A stretch of 62,561 nucleotides of DNA from an uncultured Methanosarcinales archaeon (lineage in GTDB: Archaea; Nanobdellota; Nanobdellia; Woesearchaeales; ARS49), in the NCBI GenBank assembly GCA_964497645.1, contig CAZCCU010000003.1, positions 1-62,561 of the forward strand, given 5' to 3'. Made by a program: the position numbers and the translations under genes. Below are positions 44,411 through 53,973 of this stretch, piece after piece (positions within the stretch are counted from its first letter, which is position 1; every line of letters starts with the position of its first letter). The notes under the pieces were generated by a model. The model saw nothing but the letters and a program-made list of their open reading frames with translations. It did not search any database and was not told where the DNA came from.

Positions 44411-46348
44411 ATGGCTGCAAAGACTGCTTTTGGTAAATATTTGGATCCTATCCGGGTATACGACTATTCTCCGAAGTTATGGGATTTTGTCCTGTTAACG
44501 CTGATATTATTCTATGTCATTAAGCGAGCGTTTCTTACTGCGCACGCGATGAGGGCTAAAACCCTGGGCACTACAGGCACAGAGGACCATAAGAAAACTG
44601 ACAATGTTCTTTCCTTCCTTATTGCATTGGTCATGGCTATTGGCTTGATGCGCTTTGGCAAAGTATCCATGCAGTTCGCATTTACTTCTGGAATTCTGCC
44701 TGGGTTTGCTGCAGCGATCCTGGGCTTTGGCGCTTATAACACTCTGCTTGGGATGATGGGAAAGGAGAGATGGCCTATTGCGATGGGCATTGCAGCGGTT
44801 ATCGGCATTGGTGTTTTTGCCGCGCTGCGTTCTGCTGCTGGCGGAGATTATGAGTGGATGTATATACTTTTCTGGTTTGTCGGAATAATGATTTTTGTGA
44901 GCCTGGCGAAAGGCTCGAGTGCAGGGACAGCTCAAGCTGAAGGGACGGGGAATGTTGCGCAGAGTGCAAGGAGTGCAGGTGCTGCTGCTGACAGGCTGTC
45001 AAATTCTGTTACAGGTGCAATGGGAGATGTGGGCGAAGCTGCCAGTGCTGAGGACAAGGCTTTGCAGAATGCCCGCCAGGGTCTGAACTTGGCCCAGCAG
45101 CTGACCGGTGAGACTGTTTCAGATGCGATGGTGACAGATGCCAATAGCGCGTTCATGGCAACTTTGAGTTCATACCGCAAATTTGCGGATAAATTGAAAC
45201 TGATAAGCACGAAGTTGGGGGATGCTCGTACAATGAGAATTGCCGTGGAGAATGAAGAGCGGAATGCGCTTACGGAATTCAATAAGCTCTCGACCACTGG
45301 AAAGCATGCAAGGGAGATCAGGAGTTTGCACGTCGACTTCAAGTCCAAGTGCGATGCTTTCAACCAGCATATTGATGCTATATTTTCAATCGTGGGAACC
45401 GAAAATGCTGCAATCACTGCATTCAATTCTGATTTGACAACAAAACTGGCCGCATTGGAAATCAAGCTGAAGGAATTCGAGACGCTCATGGGGACGCTTA
45501 GAGGGGCGAAGGGGCTTGCGAAGAAAATCGGCAGTGCAGGAATACAACCGGCAGTTCGCAAAAGCCAGCTGCAAAATCTTGGAAAGGAGCTGTATATGCA
45601 GTTGAATGAGTTGATAGCGAGTTCCGAGGTAAAGGCTGGAAACCTTAAGCATTTGCACGATATGTTGGCAGGTCTTCCGCAGATTGTCCGCGCTCATCGC
45701 CAATACCTTGATGGTTTCAATGCCGAGGTAACACGTCTTGGAGCTGAGATTACAGCAGCAGGAACAAGTGAGGCGGCTACTAATACTGCGATTACTTCCA
45801 GGGAAGCTTTTATCAGGTCGTTCCCTCTTGCTGCCAATAATGCAAATACATTTGCTGGCCTGTTGACCAGTCCGAGTGGTTTGACTGCAAAGGCAGCTCC
45901 CGAATTACAGACCTGGTTCGCTGCTGATTATAAGGCTTTGTTTGATGCAATGGGTATTGCGAGGATTAATGTTGATAAGGCTGTAACAGACATAAATGCT
46001 TTCATTACAAATGCGAGAGCTGCCAGTGCTTCTCCTGCTTTGATTTCATTGTCATCTGTTATGAGTGGAGAACTGGATAGTTTGAAAAGTCTTGTTGATA
46101 ATATCCAGACAGAAATTCCGAATCCTACTGGCACTCCTACGTCAGGTATTACGAATTACTTTGAAGATTTGAATACGCTGCCTTCGACGATGCCCACAAA
46201 GCCCCTTGAAGATAAGATTAAGGCGTGGATTGCTCGTATGGGAGGACAGGCCGCGGATATCAAGAACAGAGTGACTGAACTGAAGACGCACATGAGCAGT
46301 TTGTCAACTTTGGATGTGAGGCCTGGAGTGCCTCCGGTAACACCATAA
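44411..46348 (+). CDS. Polytopic membrane protein with ~470-aa Ala-rich all-helical C-terminal domain
   Basis: About 5 N-terminal TM helices, followed by long low-complexity helical sequence. Confidence 0.6.
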   Translation: MAAKTAFGKYLDPIRVYDYSPKLWDFVLLTLILFYVIKRAFLTAHAMRAKTLGTTGTEDHKKTDNVLSFLIALVMAIGLMRFGKVSMQFAFTSGILPGFAAAILGFGAYNTLLGMMGKERWPIAMGIAAVIGIGVFAALRSAAGGDYEWMYILFWFVGIMIFVSLAKGSSAGTAQAEGTGNVAQSARSAGAAADRLSNSVTGAMGDVGEAASAEDKALQNARQGLNLAQQLTGETVSDAMVTDANSAFMATLSSYRKFADKLKLISTKLGDARTMRIAVENEERNALTEFNKLSTTGKHAREIRSLHVDFKSKCDAFNQHIDAIFSIVGTENAAITAFNSDLTTKLAALEIKLKEFETLMGTLRGAKGLAKKIGSAGIQPAVRKSQLQNLGKELYMQLNELIASSEVKAGNLKHLHDMLAGLPQIVRAHRQYLDGFNAEVTRLGAEITAAGTSEAATNTAITSREAFIRSFPLAANNANTFAGLLTSPSGLTAKAAPELQTWFAADYKALFDAMGIARINVDKAVTDINAFITNARAASASPALISLSSVMSGELDSLKSLVDNIQTEIPNPTGTPTSGITNYFEDLNTLPSTMPTKPLEDKIKAWIARMGGQAADIKNRVTELKTHMSSLSTLDVRPGVPPVTP

Positions 46349-46380
46349 GTTTTTTAACCTTTTCTTTCTAGCTCTATTGC

Positions 46381-47229
46381 ATGGGGCGTAAAAAGTCAAT
46401 TATTGCGGCAGTATTCACCGGCATCGGCAGAGGCATTGCTTGGATTATCGTCAATATTTTCAAGGCTCTGTGGTTTTTGATAGTTGGCTTGTTCAAAGGC
46501 GCTAAATCCGCTACTAAAGCCACTGCTTCTGCTGCTTCAAAAGTGCATCACGATGCTAAAGTTCGTGCAGAACAGCCTAAGGTTCCTGCGAATTATGATT
46601 CATTGAAAGAATCAACTGCGGTCAAAGGCTCTATTGAATCTTTCGAGCACCGTTTGTTGAATGAAAGCCTTATTCTGGCTGTTGCCGGCAGGCGTGGCAG
46701 TGGAAAGTCTGTTCTTGGCTTCAGAATTCTTGAGAACATTCACGCGAAGACGCAGAGGCCATGTTTTGCTCTTGGTGTTAAGCAGTCCGTTTTGCCTTCT
46801 TGGATAACAACTATAGAGGAAATCAGCCAGGTTTCCAATCGTGGCGTTGTATTGGTTGACGAGGGCGCGATTAGTTTTGGCAGCAGGGAGAGCATGAGCA
46901 AGGGTAATCGTGGTCTTGCTGGTCTGCTCGCGATAGCCCGTCATAAAGACCTGACTTTAATCTTCATAACCCAAAATACTGGCATGATTGACAAGAACGT
47001 TCTGAACTTGTGCGACACTATATTACTGAAGGAAGGCAGTTTGTTGCAGGAGAAGATGGAGCGCAGTGTGATGAAGGATTTGTATGTTACTGCTAATTCT
47101 GCTTTGTCTGAAATTCCTGCTCACGAGCGAAAGCCTTACTGTTATATTTTCGACGCAGAGTTTGAAGGTCTTGTCCAAGCCTCCTTGCCAAGTTTCTGGA
47201 GCGTTAAAGTGAGCAAGAATCAGGCATGA
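46381..47229 (+). CDS. TM-anchored mini P-loop ATPase, FtsK/HerA-superfamily-like
   Basis: N-terminal TM. Walker A AGRRGSGKS and Walker B GVVLVDEGA. IARHKDLTLIFITQNTGMIDKNVLNLCDTILL resembles the HerA/FtsK/VirB4 R-finger/sensor region. Confidence 0.6.
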   Translation: MGRKKSIIAAVFTGIGRGIAWIIVNIFKALWFLIVGLFKGAKSATKATASAASKVHHDAKVRAEQPKVPANYDSLKESTAVKGSIESFEHRLLNESLILAVAGRRGSGKSVLGFRILENIHAKTQRPCFALGVKQSVLPSWITTIEEISQVSNRGVVLVDEGAISFGSRESMSKGNRGLAGLLAIARHKDLTLIFITQNTGMIDKNVLNLCDTILLKEGSLLQEKMERSVMKDLYVTANSALSEIPAHERKPYCYIFDAEFEGLVQASLPSFWSVKVSKNQA

Positions 47230-48215
47230 CAAACTTCTGCTTAGGCATCGAAAGCACCGCGCACACCTTTGGCTGTGGAATCGTGACTTTTGAAGGAAAC
47301 ATTATTGCGAACGAAAAAAATACTTTTACGACTGAAACAGGCGGTCTTATCCCAAGTGAAGTCGCTAAGCATCATGAGCAGTTGAAAGATGTTATTCTGC
47401 AAAAAGCTCTTGCCTCTGCAAAACTCGAAATGAAAGACATCTCGCTTATTTCTTATTCTGCCGCTCCTGGCCTTGCGCCTTCTTTGTTAGTAGGACTAAA
47501 ATTTGCCAAAGAGCTTGCCAAGAAGCATAATATTCCATTAATTGGCGTCAACCATAGCATTTGTCATTTAACCATCGGTGATTTAATCTGCGGCACAAAA
47601 GATGTAGTCTATCTTTACGTCTCTGGTCCCAACACGCAAGTCATTGCGTATGCTGGTAAAAGATATCGTATTTTTGGCGAAACATTGGACATCGGTCTTG
47701 GCAACATGTTGGACAAGTTTGCTAGAGAGATCGGTCTTGGTTTTCCAGGCGGTCCTAAAGTCGAGCAGTTGGCGAAGTTAGGAAAGAATTACGCAGAATT
47801 GCCGTATTCCGTGAAAGGTATGGATGTTTCCTTTGCGGGAATGCTTACAAAAGCGTTGAGATTGCATAAGCAAGGCGCTTCTAAAGAAGATTTGTGTTTC
47901 AGCTTGCAAGAAACCGCGTTTGCCATGCTTGCAGAAGTTGCAGAGCGTGCAATGGCTCATACTGACAAGAAAGAGTTATTGCTTATAGGCGGTGTTGCTG
48001 CCAACAAGCGTTTGGGAGAGATGCTTAACATCATGTGCGATGAGCGCGGCGCGAAATTCTTTGCCGTGCCTTTGCAATACAGCGGCGATCAGGGTGTGAT
48101 GATTGCCTGGCAGGGTGTTCAGCAGTTCAAGGCTGGAGAAACAATTGATCCTGACAAGGCAGAAATCAGGCCCTACGAGCGTGTTGATGAGGTTGAGGTG
48201 ACGTGGCGTGAGTAG
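47226..48215 (+). CDS. kae1: tRNA N6-adenosine threonylcarbamoyltransferase Kae1
   Basis: LGIESTAHTFGCGIV, HSICHL and GGVAANKRL. No fused Bud32 domain. Confidence 0.92.
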   Translation: MTNFCLGIESTAHTFGCGIVTFEGNIIANEKNTFTTETGGLIPSEVAKHHEQLKDVILQKALASAKLEMKDISLISYSAAPGLAPSLLVGLKFAKELAKKHNIPLIGVNHSICHLTIGDLICGTKDVVYLYVSGPNTQVIAYAGKRYRIFGETLDIGLGNMLDKFAREIGLGFPGGPKVEQLAKLGKNYAELPYSVKGMDVSFAGMLTKALRLHKQGASKEDLCFSLQETAFAMLAEVAERAMAHTDKKELLLIGGVAANKRLGEMLNIMCDERGAKFFAVPLQYSGDQGVMIAWQGVQQFKAGETIDPDKAEIRPYERVDEVEVTWRE

Positions 48216-48696
48216 GGCAGTTTTCGAAAAAATCAAGAAATTATTGGACGATAATAAAATTCAGTACGAATTGCTAGTTCACGAACCAGTCTATACTTCA
48301 GCGCAGGCTGCTCAAATGCGCGGCAAGGGCATGGATGTCGGCATGCGCCGTGGGGCGAAGGCAATGATTTTCAAGTGTGACGACAAATTTATCCAGTGCA
48401 TTGTTCCTGCGCATAAGATTGTTGATGATAAGAAGATAAAGAAACTGCTGAATGTTAAGAAAGTCAGGCTTGCTTCTGCAGAGGAAGTTCTGCGAGTTAC
48501 TGATTGCGAGATCGGCAGTGTTCCGCCATTTGGCAATCTCTTCAACATTCCAGTCTATTGTGATCCAGAACTTTCAGGGGAAATAGATTTTAACGCGGGC
48601 TTGCATGACTCCAGCATTACGATGAAAAGAACAGATTGGGAAATAATTGTTAAACCAATTATTGCAGATATTGGAAAAGAGAGGGGTGTGTCTTAG
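48208..48696 (+). CDS. YbaK/ProX-type aminoacyl-tRNA deacylase domain protein
   Basis: About 160 aa. The pattern YELLVHEPVYTSAQAA...KAMIFK...IGSVPPFG is typical of YbaK/EbsC. Confidence 0.6.
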   Translation: MSRAVFEKIKKLLDDNKIQYELLVHEPVYTSAQAAQMRGKGMDVGMRRGAKAMIFKCDDKFIQCIVPAHKIVDDKKIKKLLNVKKVRLASAEEVLRVTDCEIGSVPPFGNLFNIPVYCDPELSGEIDFNAGLHDSSITMKRTDWEIIVKPIIADIGKERGVS

Positions 48697-48714
48697 AAAA
48701 CAGATTTTCCTGCT

Positions 48715-48954
48715 TTATTTCTTGCGCTTTTTCGCCTTTGCTTTTTTTGCCGGTTTTCTAGCCTTGACTTTTGCTCTTTGTCCTTCTGTTCCTAAGTTGT
48801 GTGTTCGTTCAAATACTTCCTCAACTTGAGGCGCAAGCGGTTCAAATATCAATCCGCATTCTCTGCAGATGACTTGTTCTTTTTCCACATTGTGCACTAT
48901 GTTTGCGCTCGCGCAGTCCGGGCATTCTCTGATTTGTTTTATGTCTTGTATCAT
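48715..48954 (-). CDS. Stand-alone TFIIB-type zinc-ribbon protein with Lys-rich tail
   Basis: CPDCASANIVHNVEKEQVICRECGLIFE. No cyclin-fold core. Tail KVKARKPAKKAKAKKRKK. Confidence 0.6.
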   Translation of the reverse strand: MIQDIKQIRECPDCASANIVHNVEKEQVICRECGLIFEPLAPQVEEVFERTHNLGTEGQRAKVKARKPAKKAKAKKRKK

Positions 48955-49085
48955 AATGCTGAGCGGTTTGCAGATGATATTTAATACTTGTGTTTCACTA
49001 GTCAAAGACACAATTCGGATGGTGATTCTGTCTTTTACTAGTTAGAAAATGTCAACTATTGTTTATGCCTTCTTGCCGCTGCACT

Positions 49086-50954
49086 TTATGAAGACGGTTT
49101 GAGCTGTTTTAAGACGGCTTCTTTTCCTGTCCAGTCCAGTGCTTCTTTCAAAACTTCATCCAACTGTTCGACTGGGATTATTTTTACTTTCGCCAGTTTT
49201 GCTTTGTCCACGATAATGTCCTGCAAATTCGACTTTGGCACGATTATTTTTTTGATGCCTGCTTCTATGGCGGCTTCTACTTTTGCCGAAACGCCGCCAA
49301 CCGGCAATACTTCTCCTCTGACGCTCAAGCTTCCCGTCATTGCAGTATCCTGCCTAACTGGCACGTCTTTCAAAGCGCTAATTATGGCAATCGCCACTGC
49401 TATGCTTGCGCTGTCTCCTTCAACGCCTTCGTATGTCTGCAGGAATTGTACGTAAATGTCGTAATCTTTGATGTCCGTGCCAAAATATTTTTTGACGATT
49501 GGCGTGACGTTTTTGATTGCTTCTTTGGCAATTTCTCCTAGTTTTCCAGTGGCAACAATCTCTTTTTCTTTGCCCCAAGGTCCGACGGCTGCTTCAATTG
49601 GCAATATTATTCCTGAGAACGTTCCTCCTCCTCCAATGACTGCAAGGCCGTTGACTCGTCCAACCTGCTTGCCTTCTGTGACTATGACTTCGTATTCTCT
49701 TTTTCTTTCTATGAACTTGTCCGCGATTTGTTGTTCAAGCGGTCGTGCTATTTTTTTGGCGAGTGAGAAGTGTTCTGGTTCGACGAATTTGGCTTTTTTC
49801 TCCACGGCGATGTCTCCTGCTGCTCTTATCAAACCGCCAAGTTCTCTCAGCCTTAATGTCAAATGTGCTTTTCTGTTTGCGAGTCTTCTTGCGTCGTCAA
49901 TGACTGAGAGTACTGCTTCTCTGGTGAAGTGTGGTATTTTTTTGTCTCTTATGACTTCTTGTGCGACAAATCGTGCTATTTTTTCTCTGTTGTCTGGCGT
50001 GTCTGCTACTGTGTCTTTCATGTATATTTCGTAACCATACCCGCGGATTCTGCTTCTCAGTGCAGGGTGCAGGTGTTGGACTGTCTCGACATTGCCTGCA
50101 GCAACAAGGATGAAATTGCATGGGACTGGTTCTGTTCTTACCATAGCTCCTGCTGATCTTTCGCTTTGTCCTGTGATTGAGTATTTTCCTTCCTGTAGTG
50201 ATGTGAGCAGTTCTTGTTGTGTCGTTGGGTCTAATGTAGCAATCTCATCGACAAACAGGACTCCCATGTGTGCTTTGTGTATTAGCCCAGCAACGACTCT
50301 TTCGTGTGCTGGTGTGCCCAGTCCTCCTGATTGTAATGGGTCGTGCAACACATCACCTAGTAATGCGCCTGCGTGTGCTCCTGTTGCGTCCCAGAATGGT
50401 GCTTGTTTTTTGCCGTAATTGTCTACGATGACTTTTGGCGCGTCTATTCTTTGCCCTCCGAATGGTCTTCTGTTGACGCTCATGAACATTACGTATGCTG
50501 CCAGGAATACCATGCCTCCTAGGAAGAATGCAGCGAACATGACGTCGCTGTTATATTGTTTTCTTGCCCACCATGGCATTATCATTGATGCGATTAAAAG
50601 CGCGATTAGAATGATGTTCTGCAGTTTGAAGAATCCCATGTTTTGGATTCTTGCTTTGGCTACCAAGTCTCTGCCTTTTCCAGCAGAAACAGTTCTGATT
50701 AAAGGCTGGTTTTCATCGTTTGGGTTGAAGAACGCCAGAATGTCCATTAATTTCTCTTTTGGCAGTAATTCTGCGAGTGCCATGCCGAGCATGCTTTTTC
50801 CTGTGCCTGGCTCTCCTATCAATAGAACGTGTCTTCTTTGTCGTGCTGCTTTTTTGACTATTGCGCAAGCTTCGTCTTGGCCTATGACTTGGTCTATGAT
50901 CTTCTCGGGTACTTTTATCTCTGCTGTCGTTTTGAAATCGAGTTCTTTTGCCAT
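49086..50954 (-). CDS. lon: Archaeal membrane-bound Lon protease (LonB)
   Basis: [10 protein letters not shown] Walker A. TM hairpin inserted in the AAA module. C-terminal Lon protease domain with [11 protein letters not shown] and a Ser-Lys dyad context. Confidence 0.92.
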   Translation of the reverse strand: MAKELDFKTTAEIKVPEKIIDQVIGQDEACAIVKKAARQRRHVLLIGEPGTGKSMLGMALAELLPKEKLMDILAFFNPNDENQPLIRTVSAGKGRDLVAKARIQNMGFFKLQNIILIALLIASMIMPWWARKQYNSDVMFAAFFLGGMVFLAAYVMFMSVNRRPFGGQRIDAPKVIVDNYGKKQAPFWDATGAHAGALLGDVLHDPLQSGGLGTPAHERVVAGLIHKAHMGVLFVDEIATLDPTTQQELLTSLQEGKYSITGQSERSAGAMVRTEPVPCNFILVAAGNVETVQHLHPALRSRIRGYGYEIYMKDTVADTPDNREKIARFVAQEVIRDKKIPHFTREAVLSVIDDARRLANRKAHLTLRLRELGGLIRAAGDIAVEKKAKFVEPEHFSLAKKIARPLEQQIADKFIERKREYEVIVTEGKQVGRVNGLAVIGGGGTFSGIILPIEAAVGPWGKEKEIVATGKLGEIAKEAIKNVTPIVKKYFGTDIKDYDIYVQFLQTYEGVEGDSASIAVAIAIISALKDVPVRQDTAMTGSLSVRGEVLPVGGVSAKVEAAIEAGIKKIIVPKSNLQDIIVDKAKLAKVKIIPVEQLDEVLKEALDWTGKEAVLKQLKPSS

Positions 50955-50982
50955 GCCCCGTTATTGTCGTCGAGAAAAGGGA

Positions 50983-50990
50983 TTTATAAA
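50983..50990. promoter_or_regulatory. Palindromic TATA box TTTATAAA in the lon divergent region
   Basis: Lies about 30 nt upstream of the lon ATG (minus strand) and upstream of the plus-strand operators. Confidence 0.5.
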
Positions 50991-51006
50991 GCTTGCGCTT
51001 GAAAAT

Positions 51007-51021
51007 CCGTAAAGTTTACGG
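51007..51021. promoter_or_regulatory. Operator-like palindrome CCGTAA-AGT-TTACGG (copy A)
   Basis: Read directly. Flanked by AAAAT. Confidence 0.6.
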
Positions 51022-51027
51022 CTGGAC

Positions 51028-51042
51028 CCGTAATTCTTACGG
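51028..51042. promoter_or_regulatory. Operator-like palindrome CCGTAA-TTC-TTACGG (copy B)
   Basis: Centre lies 21 bp from copy A. Flanked by ATTTT. Confidence 0.6.
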
Positions 51043-51088
51043 ATTTTGTATCGATGGGTATATTAGAAACCACTCCTTAGTCAAATCC

Positions 51089-51628
51089 ATGGGTCTGTCA
51101 GCGTTAGTTCGTGAATTGATTGCCGAAGGAGCGATGCTCAGTCATAGTGGCAGTTCCACTCCGTGGAATGTTGGTGTTGGTCACGAACACAGGAGTTATC
51201 TGTCCGAGAGTTTTAGCCTGTCAAAAAAGCTCAAACTTGGCAGCGCGGCCAAGGAGCACAATTGTCGACTCGATATTGATTTTTTTTATATAGTGGGGTC
51301 TGCGCCTACTCGTGGCTCGCCATTGGAAATGCTTGATGAGCTTGAAAAGACCTTGAAGGCGTACTGTTTGACGCTTTTAGACGAGGTTCCTGAAGAATCT
51401 AGCTCTGTAGAAGCTGACGTGGTGATCGCAAATGGCCGTATTGAGTATGGCGGGCAATCCTCCACGTATCAAAATTATCTGAATTACTTAAATGGCTGGA
51501 CGATTGAAAAAAAGCTTAAATTTGGCTTTTTTGGAAGCATGTGCGAGGAAAGAGTTTTCAAGGTAGTCAAGACTTGCTTTGGGGTTGACCGTGGCAGTGA
51601 TTCGCAGCCGCCAGTCCAGAATTTATAG
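51089..51628 (+). CDS. Hypothetical protein
   Basis: The track ORF starts at TTG 50993, inside the promoter/operator region. The first in-frame ATG is at 51089. Confidence 0.45.
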   Translation: MGLSALVRELIAEGAMLSHSGSSTPWNVGVGHEHRSYLSESFSLSKKLKLGSAAKEHNCRLDIDFFYIVGSAPTRGSPLEMLDELEKTLKAYCLTLLDEVPEESSSVEADVVIANGRIEYGGQSSTYQNYLNYLNGWTIEKKLKFGFFGSMCEERVFKVVKTCFGVDRGSDSQPPVQNL

Positions 51629-51687
51629 TCACCCAGTAGTAGTGAAAAATCGAAACATTTAAATAGTCCGAAATCTGTATTCTTCCT

Positions 51688-53973
51688 ATGGTAAAAAGAG
51701 TTTTGATGACGGCTCACCAGTATGCACAAGGTGGTGTAGGAAAGGTTGTTTATAAGCTAGCAGAAGCTCTCAAGAAAGAGGGAGTTGAAGTTGATGTTCT
51801 TGAAAAGGGCTGGAATAAGCCATACGAGCTTCATAGGAGCAATGATAGTGCTAGTACTGTCACTGCAAATTCTTTTGCTCAGCTGCAGCGTTCTGGTCTT
51901 GATCTGGCATCATACGATCTTCTCCATATTCACAGTATTAATCTTGCCTGGACTGGAGCTCTTAAGCAGATTTGTGACACGGCAAACATTCCAACGGTCT
52001 ATACTGCCCATTCTGTTGTTAGTCACGAAAAGGAGTTGTATGAGAAAACCGGGCAAGATGTTCCTAAGTGGATGCGTGAGGACATCAAGGCTCAGGATCA
52101 GGTTGTTAAAGTGTCTGACAAGCTGTTTTTGCTTACTGATCCAGGTAAGAAGATTGCTGAAAGGCACTATGGAGAGAGCATTTCAGTTGTTCCAAATGGT
52201 GTCGATCATGTTAAGGTTCCTGATGAAATTTCTCAGCTGGTCAAAAAAACATATGCTCCTCTAGCGGATGACGTCTTGTTATACGTTGGTCGTATAACTC
52301 CTGATAAAGGTGTTAAGGAGCTTGTTGATTCTTTCCCTAGAATTCAAGAGGAATATAGAAAAAAGACTGGGAAGAGAATGGAGCTTCTGATGGTTGGTCC
52401 TTGTCAGGAAGAAAAGCCATTCATGGATTCAGTCCAGAAAAGCATTGCTCCGGAGTACAGGGATTCTATAAAGTTTGTTGGAGAAGTTACCGATCCTGCA
52501 TTGATGGCTGCTTTTTACAATGCGGCATCCTGGCATATTTTGCCTACAAAGCACGATAGCTTCCCTGGAGTGACGTTGGAAGCCATGATACAGGGCACTC
52601 CGACGATTGGTACTAATGTTGACGGACTGAGTGATATTATCAAGGACAAGGTCAATGGTTTGCACATTAATCCAAAATCTTTGAAATCGCATGATTTGAA
52701 TGAAGGTATTGTTGAAGCAATGAGTTACGCGATGGATCATAAGAAGGAAATGGCTGAAATGGCCAAGACCGCACAGCAGTCAGCTCAGCAGAAGTATAAT
52801 TGGAGGAATATTGCAAAGCTTGCTTTGAGCGAATATGATTCTGTTGTTCAATCAAAGGGCCGTACAGTGCACAAGCCGATTGCCAATAAAAGAAAGATTT
52901 CTTTGGAAGGCAAGCGTATTGGAATTGTTGGTCATTTTGCATACAAGAATGGGGCGATTGCAGATGGTGTTGCGCGATGGTGTGAAGGCGCAATGTCCAG
53001 CCTGAAAAAATCAGGTCATGATGTCAGTGGCATCGGTATAGTTGGTGAGTCTCGTGATGGTGTTGAAGTTGTGCGTGGATACTCCGACATTGGTGAGGCC
53101 ATAAGCAAATCCGATTTTGATGTCTGTATAATCAGAGGAAATGAGCAGGTCGCAAAGGAAGCGCTTGCTGCCTGCAGGGCTCGCGGAATTAAGTCTTTGT
53201 GGGTTCAGCCTTACTGGGGTGTCTGGCAGGGAGTTTACGATCTTGTGAACCAGGCAGACGCAACTATTGTTCCAACTGAGGAATATGCAGAAGTGCTTTC
53301 AGCACAAACTGGGAAAGAAGTTCAAGCAATACCATTCCCTCTTGACACGAATACGTGGAAGCCTCGCGCATTTAATAAAATCTTTGATGAGCCGAACGTT
53401 GCCTATGTTGGTCGAGTGACGAAAGACAAAGATTTGTCGAAGCTGATTACACCATTCAAAAGAGTGCGCTCAAGATTCCCGCGGGCAAAATTATCGATTA
53501 TTGGTCCTGGCGATGAAGAAACTAATATTGCTATTCAGCAGGCTGCTCGCGAGAATGGTTTTGAAGGCTCGTTAGTTCGGGTAGATAAGAGATTGACGAG
53601 CGAAGAGGTTGGGGAGGCTTATGCTTCTGCTGATGTTTTCGTGTTCCCGACGAATGAAAGTTATGGTCAGTCAAACCTTGAAGCAATATTAACAGGCACT
53701 CCTGTGGTTACTTTTGATGCGGTTCCTTTTGCAGGCTATCGTGTTCCTTCAATGAGCTGGATGCATGGCTATAAGTATTCTGCAAACCCGTTGGCACCTG
53801 ACATGTGGAATGATTTTGCTGATAAGATAAGTGATGTTTTGGAAGATCCTGTAGCAGCAAGACTTCATACTGCCAGTTTTTCGAATGATTTGAGAAATAA
53901 TTTCTCATGGGACGCTCTCAAGACTAATTTAGTTGGTTCTTTAGAGTCTGTTTTGACTGAGAAAGCAGCTTAA
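51688..53973 (+). CDS. Tandem double glycosyltransferase (two GT4/GT-B modules fused)
   Basis: Module 1: GGVGKVVYKLAEAL, GRITPDKGV, FPGVTLEAMIQGTPTI. Module 2: VGRVTKDKDL, ESYGQSNLEAILTGTPVV. Confidence 0.75.
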   Translation: MVKRVLMTAHQYAQGGVGKVVYKLAEALKKEGVEVDVLEKGWNKPYELHRSNDSASTVTANSFAQLQRSGLDLASYDLLHIHSINLAWTGALKQICDTANIPTVYTAHSVVSHEKELYEKTGQDVPKWMREDIKAQDQVVKVSDKLFLLTDPGKKIAERHYGESISVVPNGVDHVKVPDEISQLVKKTYAPLADDVLLYVGRITPDKGVKELVDSFPRIQEEYRKKTGKRMELLMVGPCQEEKPFMDSVQKSIAPEYRDSIKFVGEVTDPALMAAFYNAASWHILPTKHDSFPGVTLEAMIQGTPTIGTNVDGLSDIIKDKVNGLHINPKSLKSHDLNEGIVEAMSYAMDHKKEMAEMAKTAQQSAQQKYNWRNIAKLALSEYDSVVQSKGRTVHKPIANKRKISLEGKRIGIVGHFAYKNGAIADGVARWCEGAMSSLKKSGHDVSGIGIVGESRDGVEVVRGYSDIGEAISKSDFDVCIIRGNEQVAKEALAACRARGIKSLWVQPYWGVWQGVYDLVNQADATIVPTEEYAEVLSAQTGKEVQAIPFPLDTNTWKPRAFNKIFDEPNVAYVGRVTKDKDLSKLITPFKRVRSRFPRAKLSIIGPGDEETNIAIQQAARENGFEGSLVRVDKRLTSEEVGEAYASADVFVFPTNESYGQSNLEAILTGTPVVTFDAVPFAGYRVPSMSWMHGYKYSANPLAPDMWNDFADKISDVLEDPVAARLHTASFSNDLRNNFSWDALKTNLVGSLESVLTEKAA

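Noticed and set aside
44932-45561. 209-aa minus-strand ORF
   Set aside because: It is antisense to the Ala-rich helical domain of the 645-aa membrane protein.
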